Part shown: positions 28,133-36,402 of the stretch, piece after piece | How the letters are laid out: each line of letters begins with the position of its first letter | Numbering within the stretch: the stretch's first letter is position 1 | Assembly (NCBI GenBank): GCA_021791655.1 | Contig: JAJYWD010000001.1 | Location: forward strand, 32,655 to 96,654 | DNA from: Nanobdellota archaeon | Lineage (GTDB): Archaea > Nanobdellota > Nanobdellia > Parvarchaeales > Parvarchaeaceae | Direction: 5' to 3' | DNA: 64,000 nucleotides | Translations under genes and position numbers: made by a program | Notes under the pieces: model-generated | What the model was told of the DNA's origin: nothing | Seen by the model: the letters and a program-made list of their open reading frames with translations, nothing else | Databases searched by the model: none

Positions 28133-29139
28133 CGTTTTTCCTTCGTTAGTGCACCCGCCCGTTTCTTTATAGCATCGAGCAGCTCCCTTTCGGTCCTGAA
28201 CATCTTGTCCACGAAATAGGGTGTGAACGGGCTGTATGTGTCAAATGGGAAGTACAGTAGGACCGGCTTTCCGGTCGTGTGCGCGTGCATCCGCTCGCTG
28301 TCCACGCCGCTCGAGTAGTTAAGTGCCGAAAGGTGTATGACCACCATATCGACCTGGTCGACCATCGCATAGTCCCGTCTTACGGTCTGGTTAAATACCA
28401 ATTCCCTGAGTCTCGGTTCTACCTGGTACCCTGCCTTGTAAAAGTCGATATCCGCACCCTTTGGATCAAATACTGTCACGTATTTTTTCAATTTCCTTAC
28501 AAATCGCTTCAGGTTAGCGTATGAGTTGACCCGGTGTTCTATGCTGTAGCTTATGTACACCTTAGGCTTGTTTGGTTTGTATATCAGGTCGTATAACGTC
28601 TGTGGGTCCTCTTTTGAGCCCATCACATAATTTTTCCTACCGATTGCCTTACTTATGAGGTTAACTGTGTACAATTCGACTTCTGACCATATCGCTATCT
28701 CGTACTCGTCTATCTCCTTGTCGGACCATTCCACCTTTGATTTTAGGTTCCTTAGTAGCTTGTCCGGGGAAGCCAGGATGGTTACGAAAAAGTCCGGCTT
28801 TACCTGCTTGAAATCGTCTATGTTAAGTAGGCTCAGAGGCCCATTTTTCCACCAGAAAGACGTCCTTCCATCTATTATGAAGTCGGTGTCTTTGTTGTAC
28901 TTAGTTTCATCCGCTATACGGTGAAGTGCCGCCGCTTTCACAATCTCTAGGGTCTTTATGTCAAGATTAGGCAGGGTTACTGCACTTATTTCTGTGTTTA
29001 TGTCCTTGCCACTCTCTATCATGAGGTCTACAAGGTTCACTATCTTGAGCTTCTTGTTCCTGCTAGAAGCCATTTTTATGACTTCATTCTCCAACTTTAT
29101 CCTGTTGGTCCCTGCTACTGCAGAACTGAACACTAGCAT
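28129..29139 (-). CDS. Two-domain protein: unknown N-terminal domain plus nucleoside 2-deoxyribosyltransferase-like (NDT/Rcl/TIR-like Rossmann) C-terminal domain
   Basis: 336 aa (alternative start at 29073, MASSRNKK). The C-terminal KVYISYSIEH…DMVVIHLSALNYSSGVDSERMHAHTTGKPVLLYFP matches the NDT-family pattern: an N-terminal flavodoxin-like strand, then Glu followed 8 residues later by GKPV. Confidence 0.4.
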   Translation of the reverse strand: MLVFSSAVAGTNRIKLENEVIKMASSRNKKLKIVNLVDLMIESGKDINTEISAVTLPNLDIKTLEIVKAAALHRIADETKYNKDTDFIIDGRTSFWWKNGPLSLLNIDDFKQVKPDFFVTILASPDKLLRNLKSKVEWSDKEIDEYEIAIWSEVELYTVNLISKAIGRKNYVMGSKEDPQTLYDLIYKPNKPKVYISYSIEHRVNSYANLKRFVRKLKKYVTVFDPKGADIDFYKAGYQVEPRLRELVFNQTVRRDYAMVDQVDMVVIHLSALNYSSGVDSERMHAHTTGKPVLLYFPFDTYSPFTPYFVDKMFRTERELLDAIKKRAGALTKEKR

Positions 29140-29239
29140 ATCAATTCATAACCCCATGTATTATATAGCGATTTCATAATTAATAATTACTATTCGTAGA
29201 TATCACTTATTTATAAACAGTTGGTTTCTAATATAAAAT

Positions 29240-30178
29240 ATGACCCCGAGAGAACTTGGTGCTTATGCCATTGCCGCCCTGCTTATAGTGATCCTTTTCG
29301 CGCTAGGCTCGATATACGCAGTTGCGTACTACTTCTTTATAATAATACTTTTCATAGTTCTATTCTCTGTCTTCTTTGTGACCAGCGTAAAACAGTATTC
29401 GCAGTTTGAAAGGGGCATAATATTCCGTTTGGGCAGGTTTAATAGGATCGCAGGGCCCGGCTGGGCAGTAGTCCTCCCCTTCTTTGAAAAGGAGTATCAG
29501 AGGATAGATGTGCGTGTTAAGATGATGGATCTGGGTCTCAATGATGTTTTTACACAGGATGACATAAGATTGTCGATAGAAGGAACAATATATTACCAAG
29601 TCGTGGACCCCGAGAAGGCTACGTTACAGATAGATAATTACGGCCAAGGGTTGAGTAATCTTGTCCAGTCAGCAGTAAGGAACGAAATGGCCTCTTTATC
29701 GATGAGGCAGGTGTTTGGTAGTCTTGATAAGATGAATGATTTATTGGCAGATGCAATAAGGCACACGACATGGAAATGGGGAATAGACGTGCCAACCGTG
29801 CAGATAAGGACGGTCGCCCCTCCGCAGGAAGTTATTCAGGCCATGCAGCAGCCCGAGATAGCCGCAAATCTGCTTCAGGCACAGAGATTTAAGGCCGATG
29901 CCCAGAGGATTGTGATGGAAGCAATAGGAGAGGGGGGTAAGGCGCTTGATGATAACTCAATAATGTATCTATACCTCCAGGCCCTGAAGCAGATGGGCGA
30001 GTCTAGCTCTTCGAAAATAGTTCTTCCAATGCAGTTTATGCAGGGGCTTGGTGGCATGGCTGGCGGGATAGCCGGTCTGTCAACCGCAGCATTGGCTTCG
30101 CTTGGTGGGCAACAGAACGTACAGAACGTGATTTCCCAGATAAAGACAAAGATAGCAAGCTCTGGGGCTCAGAAGTGA
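29240..30178 (+). CDS. SPFH/band-7 (stomatin/prohibitin-like) membrane protein
   Basis: 312 aa with N-terminal TM helices followed by a GIIFRLGRF…VPTVQIRTV SPFH core and a coiled-coil, Gly-rich C-terminus. Confidence 0.8.
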   Translation: MTPRELGAYAIAALLIVILFALGSIYAVAYYFFIIILFIVLFSVFFVTSVKQYSQFERGIIFRLGRFNRIAGPGWAVVLPFFEKEYQRIDVRVKMMDLGLNDVFTQDDIRLSIEGTIYYQVVDPEKATLQIDNYGQGLSNLVQSAVRNEMASLSMRQVFGSLDKMNDLLADAIRHTTWKWGIDVPTVQIRTVAPPQEVIQAMQQPEIAANLLQAQRFKADAQRIVMEAIGEGGKALDDNSIMYLYLQALKQMGESSSSKIVLPMQFMQGLGGMAGGIAGLSTAALASLGGQQNVQNVISQIKTKIASSGAQK

Positions 30179-30188
30179 GTTAATTAAT

Positions 30189-30956
30189 TCAACGTTTGGA
30201 ATCTCGACGCTTTAGGTGTCTGTGCACGTGATGTTCCTTGCCCGTCGCATTAACTATATCAAGGATTTTCCTGAGATCATTTACAACATAATCTGGTTTA
30301 CTCTTTCCAAGTTGCTTCGGGTAGCTCCTGAAGGCATTGAAAAGCACGGTCGACATCCCCGCTGCCTTTGAATTATCGATGTCGATATCTGGTCTGTCAC
30401 CAACAAATAATATCTCAGAAGGTCGCAGATCGCATATATCCGCTGCTCTGGTAAATGCAGCCCGGTCTGTTTTGGCTTCAGGTATGGTTTCGCCCGCTAT
30501 TATAACGACATCCAGCAGTTTGTATACCGGTAAATTTTTCAGACGCCGTGTTTTCACGCCATCCGGGATTCCAGCCCCGGTTAAAATTCCAACCTTTAGA
30601 CCAGAGCGCCTAAGACTTGTTATGACTTCTTCCATATGGAGTGCGAATTCCATGTCATTTACGAGTCCCTCATCAAACAAGTCTGCGTATCTTTTCACGT
30701 CTTCATTTACGAACTTTATCCCGCTTTTGGCAGCCATCAGCTCGTAATACAGTTCGCGTGTCCTTTGTGCGAAAGGGATTTTATCGTATTGTGAGGAAGT
30801 TGCGCTCAATGCCTTTTCGTATTTTTCTCTGCCGATTCCATAGTCACGCTGCATTTCCGTGAATACCCTTTCTCTGGCAAGTTTTATGTTATGAGAAGTG
30901 TTAGTAAGCGTGTCGTCAAAATCAAATAGAACGCCCCTTATTTTTATATTTTCCAT
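30189..30956 (-). CDS. HAD-superfamily hydrolase
   Basis: Start set to MENIKIRGVLFDFDDTL (DxDxT motif I), followed by a motif II T and motif IV GDRPDIDID. The 75-nt upstream extension in the raw ORF overlaps tRNA-Thr and was discarded. Confidence 0.7.
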   Translation of the reverse strand: MENIKIRGVLFDFDDTLTNTSHNIKLARERVFTEMQRDYGIGREKYEKALSATSSQYDKIPFAQRTRELYYELMAAKSGIKFVNEDVKRYADLFDEGLVNDMEFALHMEEVITSLRRSGLKVGILTGAGIPDGVKTRRLKNLPVYKLLDVVIIAGETIPEAKTDRAAFTRAADICDLRPSEILFVGDRPDIDIDNSKAAGMSTVLFNAFRSYPKQLGKSKPDYVVNDLRKILDIVNATGKEHHVHRHLKRRDSKR

Positions 30957-30974
30957 ACGAGACACATTTGGATA

Positions 30975-31045
30975 AGCCTCTAGTGGGAATTGAACCCACG
31001 TCGCCTCATTACAAGTGAGGTGCTCTGCCACTGAGCTATGGAGGC
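30975..31045 (-). tRNA. tRNA-Thr (anticodon UGU)
   Basis: Reverse complement reads GCCTCCATAGCTCAGTGGCAGAGCACCTCACTTGTAATGAGGCGACGTGGGTTCAATTCCCACTAGAGGCT. Anticodon loop CTTGTAA, T-loop TTCAATT. One C·A mismatch in the acceptor stem. Confidence 0.75.
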
Positions 31046-31086
31046 ATAGTATCTTTTATTCCTAGGAGTCTTTATAATTTTAATCT

Positions 31087-31863
31087 ATGGACATATCAGA
31101 GCCTAAAATACCCCCCGGTACCAAGTTCGTCGACGTGCACGCCCACATAAGCGACAAGGCATTCGACGGCAGTCGCGGTGAGCTTCTTGGTAGATTGAAA
31201 GACACTGCCATCCTAGACTCCGGTGAAGACGCTGAAGAAGATGAAAAAGTGTTGGAGAACGGCAATAAATTTGTTAATCTGCGACCGTGCATAGGTCTGC
31301 ATCCCAATAAATTGGTCGGGCTGGGAAGCGAAGCCGTAGAAAAGGAATTGTCATATCTGGAAGACAACATCAGTAAGGCGTTTGCAGTGTCAGAAATCGG
31401 TCTGGATTTCAGAAACAAGGACGAGACGCAGATAAGTACGCAGATAGCCGTACTCGAGAAAATACTTGAGCTGGCCGAAAAGAACAGGAAAGTGTGCATA
31501 CTCCACAGCAGAAAATCTATAAGCGAGCTTATTCCCATCTTGATGTCGAGTTTCAAGGTTAGAGCTGTGATACATAATTTTGAGGGCGGGGTAATCCAGT
31601 ACAGAAAAGCTGTGGAAGGCGGCGTATATATTAGCATTTCTACCGGGTTCATGCGGTACAAGAAAGACAATCTGATAAAACAATTGGACCCCCACATGAT
31701 GTTCGTGGAGACGGATTCGCCAGTATTAAGTCCGGATGAAAATATGAACACTCCACTTAATATACCAAAGTTATTAAACTATATCTCCTTGCTTATTAAT
31801 ATGAACGAATCGGATCTTAGAGAGACTATGCTTGATAATTTCAAAAGAGTATTTTATGGATGA
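31087..31863 (+). CDS. tatD: TatD-family metal-dependent DNase/hydrolase
   Basis: 258 aa. A TIM-barrel with the N-terminal VDVHAHI (HxH) and downstream E, H, H and D ligands. Confidence 0.75.
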   Translation: MDISEPKIPPGTKFVDVHAHISDKAFDGSRGELLGRLKDTAILDSGEDAEEDEKVLENGNKFVNLRPCIGLHPNKLVGLGSEAVEKELSYLEDNISKAFAVSEIGLDFRNKDETQISTQIAVLEKILELAEKNRKVCILHSRKSISELIPILMSSFKVRAVIHNFEGGVIQYRKAVEGGVYISISTGFMRYKKDNLIKQLDPHMMFVETDSPVLSPDENMNTPLNIPKLLNYISLLINMNESDLRETMLDNFKRVFYG

Positions 31864-32776
31864 AGTACTAGTTTTGGGGACTTCTTCTGCGTTTCCCACA
31901 AAAACAAGAAATCACCCTGCTGTCTACGTCTTGCTGGACGGAAAACACATTCTGCTCGACTGCGGGGAAGGAACGCAGAGACAAATAAGGCTTTCGGGTT
32001 TAAGCCCTTCACTCGATTCGGTATTTTTGACTCACTGGCATGGAGATCATTCCCTCGGTCTGGGCGGTTTAATACAGAGTCTCAATATGATGGGATCTGA
32101 CAGGGAGCTGCACGTATACGGGCCACCCGGAACCGGTAAAAGGATAAATAGGTTGTTGAAAACGTACGAATTTTATTCCAGGATAAATGTAATGGCCGTC
32201 GATATAAACGCTCCGAAGGAGAGACGCATAGCGTCATTCCCAACACACGATATATTTTCAATCAATGTAAAACACGTTGTAAAGTGCCTTGGTTACAAGG
32301 TGAAAGAAAAAGACACGCTAAATATAAGAGAGGATCTGCTAGTCAAGTACAAAATCAAGAGTGGGCCTTTCTTGAAGAAGCTAAAGGCTGGGAAAAATGT
32401 AGTTTATAACGGCAAGACACTCCTATGGAAGAAGTTTACGTATCCCAAAAAAGGGAAGACTTTTGTTTATCTCACGGACTTAATCTACGACGGTAAGCTG
32501 TCAAGATTCGCTGACGGGGCCGATGCCCTTCTGATAGAATCGACATTTACATCTGATTCAGAAGATAAAGCTAGGGAATCTTTCCATCTCACGGTAAAGC
32601 AGGCTCTAGAAATAGCGAAGGCTGCCAGCGTGAAGAGACTGTATCTCACGCACATAAGTCAGAGATACGAGGATACCGATAAAATAATGAAAGATGCAAC
32701 TCATTGGAAGGAAAGGCTGAAATGTAAGTTCGATGTTTCGGTTGCACAGGATTTTACTAAGATACGCCTATCATGA
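31856..32776 (+). CDS. rnz: Ribonuclease Z (tRNA 3' endonuclease, MBL fold)
   Basis: Start moved to MDEVLVLGTSSAFPTK (typical RNase Z N-terminus), overlapping the tatD stop (ATGGATGA). Motif LTHWHGDHSLGL (HxHxDH). Confidence 0.8.
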   Translation: MDEVLVLGTSSAFPTKTRNHPAVYVLLDGKHILLDCGEGTQRQIRLSGLSPSLDSVFLTHWHGDHSLGLGGLIQSLNMMGSDRELHVYGPPGTGKRINRLLKTYEFYSRINVMAVDINAPKERRIASFPTHDIFSINVKHVVKCLGYKVKEKDTLNIREDLLVKYKIKSGPFLKKLKAGKNVVYNGKTLLWKKFTYPKKGKTFVYLTDLIYDGKLSRFADGADALLIESTFTSDSEDKARESFHLTVKQALEIAKAASVKRLYLTHISQRYEDTDKIMKDATHWKERLKCKFDVSVAQDFTKIRLS

Positions 32777-32911
32777 CAGCATAGCGCTGCGCATAAAGTA
32801 CCTAGAATCAAGTATCTCATTTATCAACAACTCGCGACTTAATAAGTCGCTGCACGCATTTAGAAATAAAAGATAAGATTAAATATGCCACAGTATTATA
32901 ATAAAAATAAT

Positions 32912-33502
32912 ATGCAGCTAGAACGCACATTGGTCGTTGTTAAACCTGACGGCGTAAAGAGGAGACTCATCGGTAAGATAATCCAGAGACTAGAAGAGGC
33001 GGGTTTAAAACTGGTTGCTCTAAAGATGTTTACGCCGTCGGTAGACCTTGTAAAAAGTAACTATCCCGAAAGCGATGAATGGTTTAAGAAGGCTGGAGAC
33101 AGAAGTATAAACACTTTCAAGGAGATGGGCGTGAATATAGAGCAGAAATTCGGCACTGATAATCCAATAGAAGTCGGTAAAATAATAAAGAAGTGGATAG
33201 TACGATTTATGACCTCTGGGAATGTAGTGGCTATGGTTTGGGAAGGAAACAGGGCGGCAGATAACGTCAGGCGTTTGATAGGCGAGACAGATCCGTTAAA
33301 GGCGCAGCCTGGAACCATAAGGGGGGATTTTTCGGTGGATAACGTCATACTGGGAAACAGTTCGAATAGACCTATGGCAAATGTCGTTCACGCTTCTGGC
33401 AATAGAGAAGAGGCACTAACCGAGATTCCACTGTGGTTTAAGTCGGAGGAGATTCTCAGATACACGCGGGAAGGGGAGGATGCATTTTACAAGCAATGGT
33501 AA
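32912..33502 (+). CDS. ndk: Nucleoside diphosphate kinase-like protein with internal insertion (paralogue 1)
   Basis: N-terminus MQLERTLVVVKPDGVKRRLIGKIIQRLEEAGLKLVALKM matches the NDK N-terminus and His region NVVHASGN. A roughly 45-aa insertion is present relative to the canonical roughly 150-aa NDK. The raw ORF begins 27 nt upstream (32885). Confidence 0.7.
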   Translation: MQLERTLVVVKPDGVKRRLIGKIIQRLEEAGLKLVALKMFTPSVDLVKSNYPESDEWFKKAGDRSINTFKEMGVNIEQKFGTDNPIEVGKIIKKWIVRFMTSGNVVAMVWEGNRAADNVRRLIGETDPLKAQPGTIRGDFSVDNVILGNSSNRPMANVVHASGNREEALTEIPLWFKSEEILRYTREGEDAFYKQW

Positions 33503-34029
33503 CTTCAGAAAAAACGTTCGTGATGATAAAACCCGATGCAATTTCTCGAGGATTGGTGGGTGAGATAGTGGGGCGTTTCGAGCGTGCAGGCCTAAATATA
33601 ATAAAGATGAACATGGTACGGCTCGAAAGAGTGAAAGCAGAAGCTCTCTATCAATCTGATGAAGCGTGGCTTAACATGCTGACTTCTAAGGCTAAAGAAG
33701 CATTCGAAGCAGTCGGTGATAAGCTTGAGATAGGAGATACACTTACTTACGGTAAGCAGATAAGGGCGTGGCTCATAGATTATGTCACCTCAGGGCCAGT
33801 AATTCTCATGGTAATAGAAGCGACTAAAGCAGTATCTGTTGTCAGAAAGCTCGTAGGTTCAACAGACGCGTCAATTGCTGCGGCTGGAACGGTAAGGGGA
33901 GATTTGTGTAGCGATTCGCTTTATGTAGCAAATGTAGAAAAGCGCGCTATAAAGACGCTACTTCATGCCTCTGGTAACCTAAAGGAAGCGAAAAGGGAAA
34001 TCTCCTTGATGTTCGGAGACCCTGTATAA
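33496..34029 (+). CDS. ndk: Nucleoside diphosphate kinase-like protein with internal insertion (paralogue 2)
   Basis: 177 aa, TFVMIKPDAISRGLVGEIVGRFERAGLNIIKMNMV, with His region TLLHASGN. Overlaps paralogue 1 by 7 nt. Confidence 0.7.
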   Translation: MVTSEKTFVMIKPDAISRGLVGEIVGRFERAGLNIIKMNMVRLERVKAEALYQSDEAWLNMLTSKAKEAFEAVGDKLEIGDTLTYGKQIRAWLIDYVTSGPVILMVIEATKAVSVVRKLVGSTDASIAAAGTVRGDLCSDSLYVANVEKRAIKTLLHASGNLKEAKREISLMFGDPV

Positions 34030-34036
34030 ACAGCTT

Positions 34037-34573
34037 ATGGTTATAGGAACGGAAGAGTTACTGAAACTCGTCAGAGAAAATAAGCTTGTTGAGAATCTTT
34101 CTGAAAGAGAGTTAACTAATCCAGAGGGCGCGGGTCTTGAGGTAAGAGTTGGTGAGATTTATGCCTTAAGCGATAGTACGGCATTTCTTGGCGTTATCGA
34201 GCGACAGACGCCTGAAATAAAACTTATTGCTAAATATGGGGTACAAAAAGATTACGTTCTGGAACCAAATGAGTACGTTCTGATAAAGACAATCGAGAAA
34301 GTAAATCTTCCAAAAGAAATACAGGGCCTTACAATGCCACGCAGCACTCTTCAGCGGTGTGGAATCATACTGATCAGCACGCAGATGGATCCAGGTTACT
34401 CGGGAGAGCTAACGTTCGGAATGAAAAACCTGGGCGGAAATAAATTCCGCTTGGAACTTGGTGCAAGAGTGGCAAAACTGCTTTTTGTCAAAGTAGATGG
34501 TTCTGCAAATCTATACCGCGGGCAATGGAAAGGCGGCAGGGTTTCAACTGACGGTCGCGAAAAACAGGTTTGA
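34037..34573 (+). CDS. dcd: dCTP deaminase / dUTPase-family protein
   Basis: 178 aa jelly-roll with …LTMPRSTLQRCGIILISTQMDPGYSGELTFGMKNLG… (dUTPase motif-3-like). Confidence 0.7.
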   Translation: MVIGTEELLKLVRENKLVENLSERELTNPEGAGLEVRVGEIYALSDSTAFLGVIERQTPEIKLIAKYGVQKDYVLEPNEYVLIKTIEKVNLPKEIQGLTMPRSTLQRCGIILISTQMDPGYSGELTFGMKNLGGNKFRLELGARVAKLLFVKVDGSANLYRGQWKGGRVSTDGREKQV

Positions 34574-34629
34574 CAGTCCATTATCGAAATACGTTTATAA
34601 ATAAATTATGACTTTAATCATTTGTCGTT

Positions 34630-35670
34630 ATGAATGCTATTTCGGTTGCTGTAATAGGCCCGTACAAGTCAGGAAAAACGTCTCTAGTGAATAAGCTCCA
34701 GCAGAGGAAAGAGCAGCGCAGGGAAGTAGAAGGGGACGTTTCGTTCTTTAGCTTTAGGTACGGGGGGAGGGACGTCAATCTTATAGATACGCCAGGAGAC
34801 GTAGATGCGCCTACGCTTATAGCGTCTTCATTATGTATTTCCGATGCGGTCATGCTGTGTATAGCTGCAGATTCCGGCATAAATTTTCAACTAGGGGAGC
34901 TTGTGGTTCTTACGGATTCTCTGCGCATAAAAAATGGTTTGGTGTGCATGACAAAAGTTGATACAGCCACCGCCGCCGACATAGACAAGATCAAATCCAA
35001 CCTATCCCTGCTCTTTAAGGGCACCACGCTCGAAAGTTTCGCAATAATCGAAACTAATATAAACAACGACCAGACCATCGCTGACTTGCGTGCAAAGATA
35101 GCCGGGTTTTCTTATGACCAAAGCAAGATTTCTATGCCATTTAGACTTGCGATAGACGGCGCGTTCGAGTCAAAAGGATCCACGATAGCGGTGGGCACCC
35201 TGCTCAGCGGCAAGATAAGTATTCATACCGATGCAATCATAGCGCCCACTCCATTTACGAAGGAAATCTCTCTTAGTTCTGTTCAAGTAAACCAAGCCGA
35301 TGTTCAATCGGCGGAAGCGGGTGACAGAGCCAGTGTTGCGCTGAAAGGGGTGTGGCCGTGGGATTTGCCGCGCGGTGTGGAGATAAGACAGCCTAAAAGT
35401 TTTAAGGATTTGAAGAGCGGAACCATAAGAGCGAATGTAAACAAGTTGTATAAATTTGATATAAGTGACGGTTCTAGATTTACTTTGGTGTGCAACTGGC
35501 AGAGCACAGAGATTACATTATCAGCTGTAAAACGCGAAGGAAATCAGTTGACTGCAAACTTCGCGTCGGAAAAGAACATATGCTTTGACGTAAATGACAG
35601 AATGATACTAATAAACAAGGACCTACCAATACGTACTCTGCGGGTCATAGGCAGGGCAGAAGCTCTTTAG
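34630..35670 (+). CDS. Divergent, truncated EF-Tu/EF-1A-family GTPase (G domain + beta-barrel domain 2 only)
   Basis: 346 aa. G1 reads GPYKSGKTSL (atypical versus GHVDHGKT), G3 reads DTPGD, G4 reads TKVD. A domain-2-like beta barrel follows, and there is no room for domain 3. Confidence 0.55.
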   Translation: MNAISVAVIGPYKSGKTSLVNKLQQRKEQRREVEGDVSFFSFRYGGRDVNLIDTPGDVDAPTLIASSLCISDAVMLCIAADSGINFQLGELVVLTDSLRIKNGLVCMTKVDTATAADIDKIKSNLSLLFKGTTLESFAIIETNINNDQTIADLRAKIAGFSYDQSKISMPFRLAIDGAFESKGSTIAVGTLLSGKISIHTDAIIAPTPFTKEISLSSVQVNQADVQSAEAGDRASVALKGVWPWDLPRGVEIRQPKSFKDLKSGTIRANVNKLYKFDISDGSRFTLVCNWQSTEITLSAVKREGNQLTANFASEKNICFDVNDRMILINKDLPIRTLRVIGRAEAL

Positions 35671-36068
35671 TCATATGATGAATGGGCTGCTATCTTCCCT
35701 CAAACCAGACGCGGTAGCACGGCGTTACGTGGGCGCTAGAGTCATAAGGACTCTGCTCGATGTGGACATTAAAATAGTCCATTTTGAAGAGATAAATGTG
35801 ATGAGACAATTTGCAGAATAAAAGCATTACGCGCATATAAGAGATAAACCTTATTTCAGGCGGAGCGTTGATTTTCTTGGCCCCTCTTCGATTTCCGAGG
35901 CTGTTATAGAGGACGAGGATCTAATAAATAAAGTGCGAGTTGCCTTGGGAGTGTAATCGTATAGAAGGCCGATAAAGGCACAATACGAGAACGGTACAGT
36001 GCATACGCAAGAGTGAATGTGGCATACGCGTCTGACTCTGCTGCGGGCGCAGAAAGAGAGTTGACACT

Positions 36069-36329
36069 ATGGGGCCCCTAATGCGAACTTCTAATCTTAA
36101 CTACGAAGAAAAGGCCGAAGAATTTGTATCTAAATACATAGACTACCTGATGGTGGATTCACTCAGGTATCGTGAAGTATCAGAAGCCATACGGGCGGGA
36201 GATATCGCTACTGATTTAGAGCATAACCTATTCGTTAGATTCTTAGAGGGGGAGAGCGACCTCCACCCAACGACTTTGGAGAGAGTAGCAGAAGGATTAG
36301 TTGACAATTGCAGATTGCAACATCAGTGA
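36069..36329 (+). CDS. Hypothetical acidic small protein
   Basis: 86 aa ORF inside an otherwise non-coding 730-bp gap. No recognisable motif; may not be real. Confidence 0.2.
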   Translation: MGPLMRTSNLNYEEKAEEFVSKYIDYLMVDSLRYREVSEAIRAGDIATDLEHNLFVRFLEGESDLHPTTLERVAEGLVDNCRLQHQ

Positions 36330-36402
36330 ATAGATACAAAATACTGGTAGCAAAGCACGGATGTTATGCTTTTATTTTATTCCCTTCTATGAAGAGTAAA
36401 GG

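Noticed and set aside
30957-31031. Upstream extension of the HAD hydrolase ORF (MAEHLTCNEATWVQFPLEAYPNVSR-)
   Set aside because: The extension overlaps tRNA-Thr on the same strand. The internal Met immediately precedes the HAD DxDxT motif, so the start was moved to 30956.
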